Shown here in pieces: positions 11,603-24,022 of a stretch of 64,000 nucleotides of DNA. The notes under the pieces were generated by a model. The model did not search any database. It was not told the DNA's origin and was given only the letters and a program-made list of their open reading frames with translations. The translations under genes were made by a program, and so were the position numbers. Position 1 is the stretch's first letter, and each line of letters starts with the position of its first letter. The DNA is taken from NCBI RefSeq assembly GCF_000372725.1, contig NW_005201792.1:809440-873439 (forward strand), given 5' to 3'. The DNA comes from Emiliania huxleyi CCMP1516 (lineage: Eukaryota).

Positions 11603-12970
11603 ATGGCTGACTCGAGCGTCAGTGGCTCGATCGACCACGCCGACCCCGACCAGCCGCCGCCGCCCAAGCTGTCGGCAGATGCGAGCGAGGAGGAGAGGAC
11701 CGCACGTGCTGCGATCATGAAGGAGCGGGCGAAGAGGCAGCGGCAACAGCACGAGAAGAACAGGCAGCCGAGGGAGCGCAGCGAGCGGCAGTATGAGAGC
11801 GGGGCGGCCAAGCGCAAGAAGGCGGTCACCGAGGCCAAGAAGGCTGATGCCAACCGCCGCCGCCAAGTCGTCAGTCAGCACCGCCGCCAAGCCAAGGAGA
11901 AGGCGCGCCCGCCACTTGGCGAGAGCTTTGCCTCCATCCGCCAGCGCGAGGAGCAGCGGCTGCTCGGCGAGCGCTTCCTGTTCGTGCCCCAGCGCGTGCG
12001 TGTATCTGAGGGAGAACTTGCTGGGCAGTGCGGCACCATGCTGGAGCGCGGCCAGCTGTGCTTCCCCGACCCGGTGCCAAACGACCCGCGGCACATCATG
12101 AGCCTGGAGCTTGACGCCTCGGGCCGCGTGGCAATCACGGAGCCAAAGCACCACCACCAAGTGCTGCTCGACGAGAGCGAGGATGAGAAGCCGGTGCTGC
12201 TCTCGCCGTACGCGGTGGAGCCGTGGCCGAGCGTCGGGCAGCTCGTGGACATGCACCACGGCAGCAACTTGGAGGACGAGCCTGATCGAGCCATGAACCA
12301 CTTAGGCACTGTCGTCGCCTTTCATCCATGGCAGCATTGGGGACTCGAGGGCGAGAGCTTTTACCTCGTCAAGCGGCAGACATATGCGCTGCCGGAGCAT
12401 GTCGAGGCGATGGCGGGAGGCGACGTGCGCGTGGGCTCGTGGGTGCGGCTGCTGCCTCCGCACCCGGATGCGCGTTACGAGCTCGGCCGGGAGGCAATCG
12501 CCCCCAACGCATACGGGCAGGTAACGCGACGCAGGTTTGAGCTATCGGAGACGATTGCACGGCGCATGCTTGAGCGCCTCCACCTGCAAGAGCCTCTCAC
12601 AACGGCCGACACACACAAGCTTCTGGAGATCGTGCCCGTGACAGGAGCTGAGGAGGTATACTTGCCGTTGCCCGACGTGCACGTGGTGCTACACCGATGT
12701 GAAACATGCAGTGACTGCTTGGTGCTCGAGTCCACATTCTTGCTTGCCTACGACACGGACTTTGCGCCCCTTGACAGCGAGGACATGCAAAACCCGTGCC
12801 GCTCTCACTGTCCAATAGATCATGATTACATGTGCAAGTGCGCGCGCGAGCAGTACTCACACTGGGAGTGTAGGACCGGATGCCGCGATTGTACCGGTAG
12901 TGGCAGCGAATGGGACAGCGAGACGGATGAGGAGAGTGCGCCAGCAGATAACATGTCTGTGTCCCCTTAA
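11603..12970 (+). CDS. Hypothetical intronless protein with basic coiled-coil N-terminus and Cys/His-rich C-terminus
   Basis: Long, non-repetitive ORF of about 455 codons; HRCETCSDC...CRSHC...CKC...CRTGCRDC. Confidence 0.65.
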   Translation: MADSSVSGSIDHADPDQPPPPKLSADASEEERTARAAIMKERAKRQRQQHEKNRQPRERSERQYESGAAKRKKAVTEAKKADANRRRQVVSQHRRQAKEKARPPLGESFASIRQREEQRLLGERFLFVPQRVRVSEGELAGQCGTMLERGQLCFPDPVPNDPRHIMSLELDASGRVAITEPKHHHQVLLDESEDEKPVLLSPYAVEPWPSVGQLVDMHHGSNLEDEPDRAMNHLGTVVAFHPWQHWGLEGESFYLVKRQTYALPEHVEAMAGGDVRVGSWVRLLPPHPDARYELGREAIAPNAYGQVTRRRFELSETIARRMLERLHLQEPLTTADTHKLLEIVPVTGAEEVYLPLPDVHVVLHRCETCSDCLVLESTFLLAYDTDFAPLDSEDMQNPCRSHCPIDHDYMCKCAREQYSHWECRTGCRDCTGSGSEWDSETDEESAPADNMSVSP

Positions 12971-13009
12971 AAATCCTTTGTACCCATGCGGAGCCTTTAA
13001 GAGTTTGGC

Positions 13010-14372
13010 ATGGACGCTTTCGTGGACGAGGAGGGCGAGGCGGCTCTCGCGGAGCTCGAGGAGGAGCTCGATGAGGAGCGATCGGTCGAGGATGCGTTGG
13101 CAGCGATGGCGCAGCGCGGCGCCCGGAGCGCTCCGGAGCCTCCCACCGCCGGGAACGCTGCTGCTACTGCTGAACCGCAGCCGACCGCTCGCACTCCCGC
13201 AGCGGGCAGCCCCGGCACGAGCGGCGCCTGTGTGGACTGCAGCTCTGGGCGGGCCCAGCCCAAGTTTCGGGAGGCGTTTGGGCTCAGCGTGTGCTACGAC
13301 TGCCAGCGGGCGGGCCGTGGCGAGGGAGGCAGGTACCAGGTGCTGAGCAAGTCTCGCGCCAAGGACGAGTACCTGCTGAGCGACCGCCAGCTCGACGGCG
13401 AGCGCGGCGGCCTGCGAAGCATGCGGCTGCCCAACCCGAATGACGCCCGGTACGGAGACATGCGGCTCTACTTGCGACGGCAGGCGCGCCCGGGGCGTGG
13501 GCTCGACTCTCCCTGCCGGCTGGGCGAGAGGAGGTCCCACCCCACGCCTAGGGAGCGATTGCCCCGGCCTGCCCTCGTGTGGGGTGCGTGGGAGGGTGAG
13601 GTGGCGCCGCCTCGGAGGGCGCCTCCTCCTCGCCCCCCCCCGGCGCCTCCTCACCGCACCCTGCGGCCGGCGCGGCTCACCAGGTGGAGGAGCTGGCGCT
13701 CGCGACGTGGGGGTCGAGCGAGGCGCTGCTGCTGGAGAAGGAGCGGCGGTCTGACGAGCGGCTCCGCCGCGCCGAGGCCAAGCGCAAGCTCAAGAGCGGC
13801 ACGCCTGAGGAGCAGATGATGGCGCGCTGCAACGGTCCGAGAGCCTTCCGAGAGCCTTCCGAGAGCCTTCCGAGACGCCTCCGAGATGTTGCTGCCCAGA
13901 CCCCGCGCCTCTCTCGTCCGCCACGCCCACCACGTGGGTCCGCACCGGCTGCCCTGCCGCCACCCCTGGGTCCAAGCCCGAGTCCGAGGGGGAGGGGTAC
14001 GGGGAGGGGTACGGGGAGGGGTACGGGGGAGGGGTACGGGGAGGGGACCGTGGGCACAGTCGCGTGTCGAGACGTATCTGCCCTCTCCCTCCCCTCTTGG
14101 GCAGGCCGCGCCGCGCCAAAGCAGCAGAGGCGAAAGGCGCAGGCCGGAAAGGCGGGCGAGGCGGCGGCGCGCCCGCCGGTGCGGCAGCTGGCTGCGGAGA
14201 GGCGCGGTCTCACCGCCTCACTGCCTCTCCGGGGGCGAGCAGCCCACGCATGTATCCCCTCCACGCCAGGCACGAGCACGTCTTCTCGCCGGACGAGGAG
14301 TACGACGAAGCGACCGACCTCTGGACGAAGCGGTGCGCGTGCGGCTTCACGGTGCAATACGAGCGGATTTAG
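13010..14372 (+). CDS. XPA: DNA repair protein XPA/Rad14, multi-exon
   Basis: C4 finger CVDC...FGLSVCYDC, LSKSRAKDEYLLSD, NPNDARYGDMRLYLRRQVEELALATWGS, C-terminal HEHVF...KRCACGFTVQYERI. Confidence 0.93.
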
Positions 14373-14610
14373 TAAATGGCCCATTTAGCGGTCCGTGTGG
14401 GGAAATGTGTTTATCTCGCTGTGACGATGAGAATACTGTATGTGAACGTTTTGGTCACAACCGCGGGTGTGTCTGTGTCGTGGCGCCGCGCGCGACCGGC
14501 GCGACCGGGCGGCGGCGATCCCGAGCGCGGCCGTCCCGCCCTATCTCCGAGATGCGAGAAGACGGGTATAAGCAGGGCCTCCGACCGACACTAGACGTCA
14601 ACCTGGAGCA

Positions 14611-16361
14611 ATGAAAACGGAACTTGAATTCTTCTTTCCGAATCCCGCTCGGGCATGCAAAACTTGCTGGGTTGTGGGCCGCCTGGCAGTTCGCGACCTC
14701 GTCAGCCCCCATGGAGCCCAGGCAGCAACGGAGCAAACGGCTGCGACAGAAGCAGTACTTCCTGTGGCGTCGGCGCCAGCTGCCGTGCAAAGGCGTGCCA
14801 GCCGCTGTCGCCCAGCTCGCATTGCGCTCGCAGAGAGCGGGCGCCTGACAGCCAGTAACACCCTGGCCTCATTCTCTCTGTCCTTGGTGCGTATGCAAAC
14901 GCCTAACAACTGGCCCACTAATTGCAGGAGCATGCTTTGAAAGCGGCAACTGCCAGGACGATGTGTGTGGGCGTCGCTGCTGCCAGTGGCATCGCCGCTC
15001 GATAGAAGACGTCAACCTGGCACGGTTCATTGCCCAAGTGCCGACTGCCGACCACGAGCCGCTCAACTCTGTGAAGCTGATCGTTAACACGTGAGCCGCA
15101 ATGCGACAGAGAAGCCACACCGCTGAGAGCCCGACCGCCCGCATCAAATGCTTCGCGCCGCCTGCCGTGGCCCGCGCCAGCAGGTATGTCGGCTCGCGCC
15201 CGCTACTCGTCCTCCTTCACTCTCTGCTAGCCATCGGCTTTGATCGTTTCGAGGACACCGTGTTTGTGAGAGGGGGCGGGGGGCGAGATCGGCCGCCGCG
15301 CTGGTCGACTCTCGATGCAATCTCAGGCGCTTTCATAGACAAGCGTCGCGCTGTGCTGATTGACGTCGCCGAGAGCAATCTCGATTGGCACGGTGCGCGA
15401 GATAATAGGCCTAGCTCGAAGCCCAATTAGTCCATGCCGTGCTCGAGCCTCGTGTCGCCAGGGCTTGCGGCCCTTAACACCTACCGCGTGCATCCGCTCG
15501 TGCGGGGCGACGGCTACTTCTACGCGCTCGACTCGACCACTTTCACCTACGCCTTTCCTGGTGACATTTCTCTGGGGGTTGGGATTTTCTTGGCACGAGG
15601 GTTGCTCACGTGCCAGCTCTTCATTCACAGGCATTTTCAACAGTCTCAACTTTTCCCACCCTCGCGTCGTGTTCACGGTCCCGCTTCCCAACTCCAACGT
15701 CGCCGCCTTTGGCGAGGGCGTGGTAAGGGCGTACGGCCGGTCCTACGAGGCAAAGGTGAGCTCAAATAGTCTCGAATTCGAAAGCCACCGGCTCTACATC
15801 AGAGGCAACGTTAGTTCAAAAGATCCCACCCAAGCATCTGCTTTCTGCAGGTCAGCAAGATTCAAGGCCTATTTATGGAGTTCAACACCGGCTCCGTCTC
15901 TGGCATGCGCAGCCTACCCTCGTGGGGCGTCGTCAAGTTCTGCGGCAAAAGGTCGATCTACGATCGGCGCTCAATGTACAAGTACTTTGCCAACGGGACG
16001 GTCTGTCTCACGCGCTCACCCCAAATCCCCGATGCCATTCCACATCTTTCTGGCCGGTCCTAACTCTTGGAGTCATCCTCCCCTTCCTCAGGTGGCAGCG
16101 AAAGATGCCGTACAGCGCATCACAGTAAGCTACCCCGGGCTGGGCGTGCTTAAGCACGTTCAGTGGGGCCGCCCACTGCCGCATTGCACGGCGCTGTGGG
16201 GTTGCGCGGCGCAGCATGCCGAAGCGGGAAAGCTGCGCAATAGCGGTCTGGTGATGGCGCCGCCGGAGGTCGAGTGTCCAAATGAGAGGGCGCGCCTGAA
16301 GCGCGCTCGGGCGCGCAATATGACGGACGCGCTAACTGTACTCCTGCATGGCCAGGAGTGA
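14611..16361 (+). CDS. Hypothetical multi-exon protein, possibly glycosyltransferase-like; boundaries uncertain
   Basis: Protein-like segments in different frames separated by GT/GC-AG stretches (KLIVNT, LLHSLLAIGFDRFEDTVFVRGG, DGYFYALDSTT, PLPNSNVAAFG, YPGLGVLKHVQW). Confidence 0.45.
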
Positions 16362-16420
16362 CTTTGCTGTTGTTGTTCACAAAAAAGCTTATACAACTAA
16401 CACAAGAGCTCGAGTGGTCG

Positions 16421-16708
16421 CTAGCTCTGCACGTCGCTCGGAGTGGCTGGGACGCTCCGCGTCCTCAGGAGATAGACGCGCGTCAAGAAGGTGGCTGCCC
16501 AGGAAAGCCCGCCTGAATACAAAAGGCGACAAAAAGTGCATCGGTGAGAGACATTCGCAGTTGAGTTCTCTTCGGATAGTGTTTTCGAGGATTGATTGCG
16601 GCGCAAGTGCCAAAGCGATAATGGCGGTGAGGAGACAATAATGGGCGCACCGAAGACAACAAACATGTATATTTTTGCCCAGAGAGGCACCGGCTTCTTC
16701 TCGGCCAT
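16421..16708 (-). CDS. Possible small membrane protein
   Basis: MAEKKPVPLWAKIYMFVVFGAPII, divergent from the PHD gene; splicing and end uncertain. Confidence 0.3.
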   Translation of the reverse strand: MAEKKPVPLWAKIYMFVVFGAPIIVSSPPLSLWHLRRNQSSKTLSEENSTANVSHRCTFCRLLYSGGLSWAATFLTRVYLLRTRSVPATPSDVQS

Positions 16709-16974
16709 TGTGCGCGGGGTGTCGGCCGCTGAATCCGTCGTCGGCCCGCGTTGCCGCAAGTTGCCCATATCTCGAGCGAAGGAGCGCGCGCGAATACGGT
16801 AAAAGTTTGCGAGACACCGACATAAAAATGAAAAAAAGGAACCAACGCTCTCGGCGGCCAAAGGATATCCGCTCCGCACAGATCCATAAAACCCGAGCCG
16901 AAAAAAAAAAGAAAAAATCGGTTGCTGACCACTGACAGACAGACGGCCTCGCCGCCTCGCCTCTCCGCCGGCAC

Positions 16975-19900
16975 ATGGACAGCGATCGGTCCTCCGAGGA
17001 CGACGACGAGGCGAAATGTGTCTCATGCGGCAGCGGGCGCTCCGCGCCTGGCAACGAGATCCTGCTCTGCGACGGGTGAGCTTGCTTGCGGCGTTCGCAC
17101 CAGTGGGCCGAGGGCAATGCCACATTCACGCGCCCTTCGCAGGTGTGACGTTTCGGCCTACCACCTCGCCTGCCTGCCTGTGCCGCTCGCGACCGTGCCC
17201 GAGGGGGACTGGTACTGCCCGGCGTGCGTCCAGCAGCGCGGCAAGAAGCGGCCCGCAGACGCCCCGCAGGAGCCGTCGCCGCCGTCGCCGCCGCAGGGGC
17301 AGTGCTTCGTGACGTCGGGCTGCCTGCTCTCGCAGCCGCACGAGGGCCCGTGCATCGTCCCACACGAGGGAGGGCGGGCGAGGCGCGCCTCCCGCGGGAA
17401 GGGTGTCCAGCGCCTCGGCATCAACGATTCCTGGCGCGCACTCGCCCCGCCTGCGCCTCGCTCCCAATCCGCCCGGGGTCAGCGCCGTGCGCTCACTCGC
17501 GACAGGTCCGAAGGTTCGGCATCGAGTTGGACCTCTAGGGCCGCTCAAGCACGGCAGGGCGCGCCCTCGCCTGCTCCCGCCGCTCCACCGCGAGCCGACC
17601 AGCCGCGGCCGAAGAGCGACCAGCCGCGGCCGAAGAGGGCGCGGCACGACTCCGCCCCTCCGAGCCGCGGAGGCGACCCTCCGGGCGTGCAGCCGAGCCG
17701 CAGCGCTGGGCCGGAGACCCACCCCGAGGACGAGCGAGAGGTCTGCACGCCAGGCTCACCCCTGGCAAAGGACGGACTCTCTGCCGAGTGCTGCACTCGT
17801 CTCTTGTAGGGCCGCGCGCCGAGCCGCGCGCCAGGCTCGGCGGCGGGAGGGACGGGCGCGGTTGCGGCGGCGGCGGCGGCCGATGTGAGCGCATCGGCGG
17901 TTGTGCGAGCCGCAGCGCCGGAAGCGGGAGCTAGCGGCGAGCCGGCGGCGGCGGTCAGCGATGTCCAAACGATCTCTATCATCGCGCCGCAAGACATGGT
18001 GCGGGGCGAGACGATGCAGGCTGACCTCCCAGACGGACGGTCCTTCCGCCTCGTCTTGCCCATCGACGTCTGCGCCGGCCAGAAGGTTGCGGCCAAGGCG
18101 CCGCATTCCCGTCCTCCTCAGCCCCATCCCAACCCTCTCGCCCCAGCCCCCGCCCCAGCACGTTTCGCCGCCACCCGTGCTCCGCCGCAGGTCCCGCTGC
18201 CGCCTCCGAGTGCCTACGAGCTGGCGCCGGACCCGCCTCTTGCCGCGGGGGGCGACACGCCCGCCCGCCCGCAGCCCCAGCCACCGGGCAGCGACCAAGG
18301 CAGCCTCGCGCGCTCGCCCGCCGAAGAGCTTCCGACGGAGCCGCCGCCCCGCCCCGAGCCGCCGCCCCGCCCGGAGGCACCGCCCCGCCCCGAGCCGCCG
18401 CCCCAACCCGACGCCCCGCCCCGCCCCGAGCCGCCGCCCCGCCCCGAGGCACCGCCCGAGCCGCCGCCGAAGGGAGAGCCGGACGTAGAGCCGGAGCGAG
18501 AGCGAGAGCGAGAGGAGCCCGAGCCGCCGCCGCCGCCAGAAAAGCCCGGGAGGCCTGAGAAGCTTCGCAGTCTGAGGCCGGAGGCGGCGGAAGAGTCGCA
18601 GGAGGAGGGGGGAGGGAAGCAGGGAGGGAAGCAGGGAGGGAAGCAGCCCTCAGAGCCAGCGCCGACCAAGCCGCCCAAGGCCGCAGCCTCGTACCGGATC
18701 CGTCGCCGGCCCTCCGTAGAAGCGCACGCCGCGCCTCCCGCAGCGGCGACAGCCGCGCAGGGGGGGCGCGACGGCGATCCCAGCCCGTCGATGCCGTCCG
18801 CCGCCAGCTGCTCCGGATGCGGCAACAAGATCATCTACTGCATGTGCCCCGACAGCCGCGCTGCAGCCAAGAGCGAGGCGGCGGCACCGCCGGCGGCGGC
18901 ACCGCCGGTTGCGGCTGCGGCGGCACCGCCGGCTGCGGCGGCACCACCGGTTGTGACTGCTGCGGCGCCGCCGGCTGCGGCGGCGGCACCGCCGGTTGCG
19001 GCTGCTGCTGCGGCGGCGGCGGCAGCGGCGGCGGCAGCGGCGGCGCGGGTCGGAGTGCGAGTGACGCAGCAGGCTCAGGCGGCGGAGCAGGCTCAAGCGG
19101 CGGCTCTGCCGCAGCCGGCGCCGCTGGCGCTCCAGCAGCAGCTGCGCACCCTCGAGACGGCTCTCGAGGCGGAGCGGGCTGCGCGGTGCGCCGCGCGCCT
19201 CCAGGCTGGCGGGGGAGGTGCGAGTCTGAGGCGGGGGAGGCGCTCGCTCATAGGCACGCCCTCGAGGAGCGGCTCGAGGTCGAAAAGCGGTCGCGAAAGG
19301 CGGCGCAGGCGGCCGTGGCGCTGCTGCAGAGCACGCTGAACGCGACGCCGCGCAAGCGGCCCGAGGGGCACGGCGAGCAGGCGCAGCGCGCCGGGCAGAA
19401 GGCGCAGCCCCAGCCGGAAGGGGCCGTTGGGGACGGCACGGCGCCAGAGGACGCGCCGTTGCCCGCCGGCGAGCCTCCGCCTTTGGCGCCGGAAGCGGCG
19501 ATGCTTCTCCCGACCAGCGAGGTTGAGATCATCGCAGCGATGGCGGCAGAGGCGGCCTTGGCGCACGCCGCGCGGAGGGAGGGCGAGCATGAGGGCGAGC
19601 CTCCCTCTAGTGAAGCACAGCAGGACCGTCCTGAGGGCGTGTCGGGGCCGATACCGCCGCCACCGCAGCTGCTGCAGCATCTGCAGCAGATGCAAGCCCA
19701 AGTGCAGCACGCGCAGCAGTCCCAGGCGGCGCAGGCGGCGCAGGCGCAGCAGGCGATGCAGCTGCGGGCGCTTGCGGAGCAGCGGCTGTCGGAGGAGCGT
19801 CACGGGCGGCTGCAGGCAAGAGGGGGCGAGCCACTCAAACTGTGTGTGGCCCAGTCCCCTCACGGCGGATGGCTGCGTTAGGCGGAGGAGAGGGCGTCGC

Positions 19901-20154
19901 AACTCAACTTCGCGCTGCTCACGGAGCGGCAGCGGCTGCAGCAGGTGCTACTGGCGCAGCACCAGCAAGTGGCGCAGCACCAGCACCAGCAGCACCAATT
20001 GTTGCAGCAGTGCCAAGGTGAGCAGCCGCTTGCCCCGGCGGCGGGTGTCTTTCCGCCCGTGCTGCCGGCGCAGCAGCCAATCCCGATCCCGATGCATTTG
20101 GCTATGCGCCCCCCCATGATGCAGCGTCCCCCCTTCATGCCGCCACGTGAGTGA
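16975..20154 (+). CDS. PHD-finger protein with long Pro/Ala/Gln-rich region, multi-exon
   Basis: CVSC...ILLCDG|CDVSAYHLACL...PEGDWYCPAC (C4HC3), split by a GT-AG intron. Confidence 0.85.
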
Positions 20155-20524
20155 GTAGAGACTGCTAGTCTGCTACCGCAAGAGCTCTGCCAGAGACCCT
20201 CTCTACTTACTCAAGTGGGTCTGTCTCTCTCTACTGACGTATCTCCTAGCGGACCCCCCGTGGAGCTGTGATATCTTTATTTAGAGTTACACGCAGTGAG
20301 GTCAAACGACTACATACATTCTCTCAAGACCACGGCTGCTGTAAGAGCGATATCCGATAATTTATTACACGTCCCCTGAAGTACTGGACCATGCAAACGA
20401 TAAACCCCTCCAGCGCGCAGTACCGCGGCGCTGTGTGCACAGCAGAGCTGGTCGTTTTCTCTTCTGTTGTGGGCTAGCGCGAGCGAAGCACGACGGGCGC
20501 GGGGCGCGGACAGCGGTGATCCGG

Positions 20525-21526
20525 CTAGTGCGCCTTGGCGGTCCTCTTCTTCTTCGCTGCGGCGGCCTCCTTTGCGAGCTCGTCGCCCGTCTTGAGGAAG
20601 GATGGCACCCAGCGCAGCTGGAAGGTGAAGAGGTAGATCATCGTGAGGTGGTAGCAGAACTGCAGCCAGCCGAGCTGGCGCGGGAAGTGGACCTCCATAG
20701 ACGGGAGGAAGAAGAGCACGCAGAGGGCGTGCAGGAAGCACGAGTAGAACTGGGTGATTTGCCACGTGGTCACCCAGTTCTTGAGCGGGTTGTTGATGCC
20801 GAGGCCCGTCACAAAGTAGTGCGTGTACATGATGACGTGCGTGACGCTGTTGATGAAGGCGCCGTACTGCGCCGTGCCGTTGCCGTGGCCGAGGGATAGG
20901 AGGAAGCCCCACACCACCCCGATCGTGGCGTGGTGGTAGAGGTGCAGGAACGACATCTGCACCGACGACTTCTTCTTCAGGATCATCCACAGCGTGTCGC
21001 ACCAGTCCATGAACTTGGAGAGGAAGTGGACGAGGATGAACCACTCGCCGGCGGCAGAGTACTCGGTCCCGATCCCGAACACGTTCGGGAAGTTGGGGAA
21101 GGTGGCAGGCCACATGCCGACCGCCATGTACGTGCACAGCACCACCTGCGCAATGTTGTACAGCTGCATCGCCGGCTTCACCCACGAAGGCCTGAGGCGG
21201 GGCGGAGCGGGCGAGGGTCGGGGTGGCAAAACGGTGTCGAGGAACGGAGGCAGAGCTGGAGAGGGCCGACGCGAGGGTGGCGGCAGCGACGGAGAGGGAC
21301 TCGGCAGCGGCCAGGCTGGCGGAGGCGGAGAGACGCGGAGGAGGGGCGAGGGAGGAGCTCACGTCGCCGCGTTGCGCATCAGGAAGTGGCCGCTGATGGC
21401 TGCAACGAGGTAGCACGCTGGCAGGCCGTAGAGCACAAAGGGCGTGAGCAGAAAGTTGTAGTCCGGGTTGTACTTCATACCCGCGTCGAAGTCGAGGGCA
21501 TCCTGTCTCGCAGCGTCGCCGAGCAT
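20525..21526 (-). CDS. ELO-family (GNS1/SUR4) fatty acid elongase, probably PUFA-type
   Basis: SKFMDWCDT, SFLHLYHHAT, NSVTHVIMYTHY, TTWQITQF, basic C-terminus; one intron near 21133-21360. Confidence 0.93.
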
Positions 21527-21590
21527 GGCGCGACGAAGGCGATAGAACAGCTCTGAACAGTGAAGAATTTCACAAGCCCGGGTCGCTCCG

Positions 21591-21632
21591 CATCCCTCCC
21601 TTGAATTGTCCGTTTTCTTTCTTTCTTTCTTT
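21591..21632 (+). mobile_element. Family A retroelement extreme 3' remnant
   Basis: CATCCCTCCCTTGAATTGTCCGTTTT(CTTT)n. Confidence 0.65.
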
Positions 21633-21925
21633 CCCCAAAGCAACCCGCCTCTCTGCCTACCTACCTCTCCTATCTATCCAGCTGATATATCTACGCTCAG
21701 TCAGAACTCAACAATGCATGCACATGTATGTACATGCAAACACCAGGCGAGCGCCATCCGTCCGCCGACCGAGCACCGCAGCAGACAGATAACGAGTATG
21801 TTGAAGGGCGCGGAGCCCATAGACAACCTGTATACAACAGGCCTTCCAAAAGCCTCCGGGAGATCACGAGAGCTGCATACACTAAAACATAAAAGAGAGT
21901 CCGAAAAAAGAAAATTGTGCCCTTG

Positions 21926-22305
21926 TCCCCGCCGCCCGCATCCCCACCGCCCTCGTCCCCACCGCCCTCGTTTTCGCCGTCCTCCCCTCCGCCGCCACCC
22001 TCGTCTCCGCCGCCCTCGTCTCCGCCACCCTCGTCTCCGCCGCCCTCGTCTCCGCCGCCCTCGTCTCCGCTACCCCCCTCTCCACCGCCCTCGCCCTTGC
22101 CGCTCTCGTCGCCACCGCCTTCGCCTCCGCCGCCCGCCACTCCGCCGCCCTCCTCTCTGCCAACCTCCCCTACGCCGCCCTCGTCTCCGCCACCCGTCTC
22201 CGCCACCCTCGCCTCCACCGCTCCCGTCCTCGCCGCCCTCGTCTCCGCCGCCCAACCCTCCGCCGCCTCCCCCTCCGCCGCTCCTCTCCCCACCACCCTC
22301 TTCTC
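21926..22305 (+). repeat. Degenerate 15-bp (CCGCCCTCGTCTCCG) repeat reading as SPPP; coding status unclear
   Basis: Visible low-complexity array with no ATG-started ORF in the SPPP frame. Confidence 0.7.
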
Positions 22306-22515
22306 CACTACCCAGAGCTCACACTAGAGGCCGTCATCGCATTCGCCTTCCTGGTACCCAGCGCTGGCTTCTGACTGTCGTTGCTGTCTTTCCCTTCTCG
22401 ACTGTCTGTGCTTGCTTGTGCGTCTTGGGTCCGGGGCTGTGTTTTTGTGTGAGCGCGCTGGTAGTAGTCGTAGGCGTCACCAGTCACCTTGCTTGTGAGC
22501 GGAGCTGCTCTTAGT

Positions 22516-22953
22516 TTGGCCTGTATAAGGTTTTCCGGAAAACAAAAAGGAAAACAGAGGGTCCCCAGCACTTTGCGTTTCCGGAAATTTCCAGGGAAAA
22601 CAGAGGGTGTTTGGTGCTCCATTCTGGAAACTCGCTGTTTTCCCTGAGTCTGAGAGCTGGTCTGGGGCAAAATCTAAGGCAAAATTGAGGAAATCGACAA
22701 AATACCCAGGCGGTCGCAGGGTAAATTCCAGGTATGCACGGGTTCTCCGCAAAATTCCCGGCATTTTGCCGATTTGGCCTAAAATTTGGCTGATTTTGGG
22801 CCCAAACCAGCCTCGACTCGGCTCAGAGAGCCCAAAATTTGACGATTTCCACGGAGTTTTCCCGGGAAAACAGAGAGGAAAAGAGAGGGTGTTGTAGAGA
22901 AAAAAGGAAAGGAAAACAGACGGGGTGCGAGAGGAAAACCTTATACAGCCTAA
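22516..22953. mobile_element. Non-autonomous TIR element (hAT-like), 8-bp TSD CTCTTAGT
   Basis: 21-bp TIR TTGGCCTGTATAAGGTTTTCC / GGAAAACCTTATACAGCCTAA; TSD at 22508-22515 and 22954-22961; GGAAAACAGAG subterminal repeats. Confidence 0.88.
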
Positions 22954-23195
22954 CTCTTAGTCCTAGAAGACGTAGGATTGCGAGCGTGGGTGCTCACAGT
23001 CGCACAGAGATGCTACGATTGCGAGGAGTGCTGCTCACAATCCTTCGACTTCTAGGATTGAGAGCGAGGCTGCTCTCAATCCTAGCGGTCTACAAAAGAA
23101 GGTTCACCCCCTCACAGGTCACAGCACTGGAAAAGAGAATCCGCTGCGCTCACTCCGCGGAGGCCGCCGCCGACCAAGTCTGTAAACAGTTCGGA

Positions 23196-24022
23196 ATGCT
23201 GCTCAGCGTTACGCGCCGTCGCGCACCGACTGCGCTTGCACGCGCGGGTCCTGCCCTGCTCGTCCGCGGCCACTGCCAGGTTCGCACCGCCTCCTCGATG
23301 GACTGCACGTTACACTGCAGCGGTGGACTCGCACTTTCGCAATGGTCACGGTGCGATCAGTCACATGCTTCCCCATCGCTCTAGGTGCCGTGCGGCATTT
23401 TCGACGACCCTGCGCGCGTCGCGGCGATGAAGGAGGACGCAGCGACCATCCGCAAGTCGATGGTCCAGATAGGCGAGCTCGTCGGGAAAGACGACGCCCT
23501 CTCGTTCAACCAAGCGACGCGGTGGGTCATGACGAAGGAGGCGAGCGGACGCAGCCTCCGCGCTCCCTCACCCCTGCGGTCCGCGAACAGGCCTCCGCGA
23601 CTGCACTGCCACTGCACCGCCCTCTCTCCCTCCCTCCCCTCCCGCAGGCGCACGCCGGCTCCCTCATGACCACCCTCGGAGAGTACATGCTCGCTCAGGT
23701 GCTCCTCGCTCTCGCCCACCCCCGCCCTGCTGCTCCCGCACCCTCCCACCCCGCTACCGCCCCACCCCTCTGCCCTCGTCCTCTGCCGAACCCGCCCCCA
23801 CCCTCGTTCTCCTCACCGCTCCCCCTTCCCGCCCCCGCCGCCCTCTCGTAGCGCGTCAAGCGGGAGCTCTTTGAGAAAGAAGAGGAGTACGTTGAGGCGC
23901 TCAAGGCGCACCACGCCGCCCTGCAGGCGGCGATGAAGACCAAGCAGGTCGTCGATGTTGCCGCCTGCGACGCGCTCGACACGGCCATCGAGAACGTCGC
24001 CCCCATGTACCTCAAAGCGTAG
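23196..24022 (+). CDS. sodN: Nickel superoxide dismutase precursor, 4 exons (23196-23279, 23385-23540, 23648-23698, 23852-24022)
   Basis: The spliced product contains the Ni-hook HCQVPCGIFDD, TIRKSM, NQATRWVMTKEAHA, YMLAQRVK and AAMKTKQ. Confidence 0.93.

Noticed and set aside
21697..22514. Extensin-like or Gly-rich ORFs
   Set aside because: Open in several frames because of the repeat; no signal peptide or credible start
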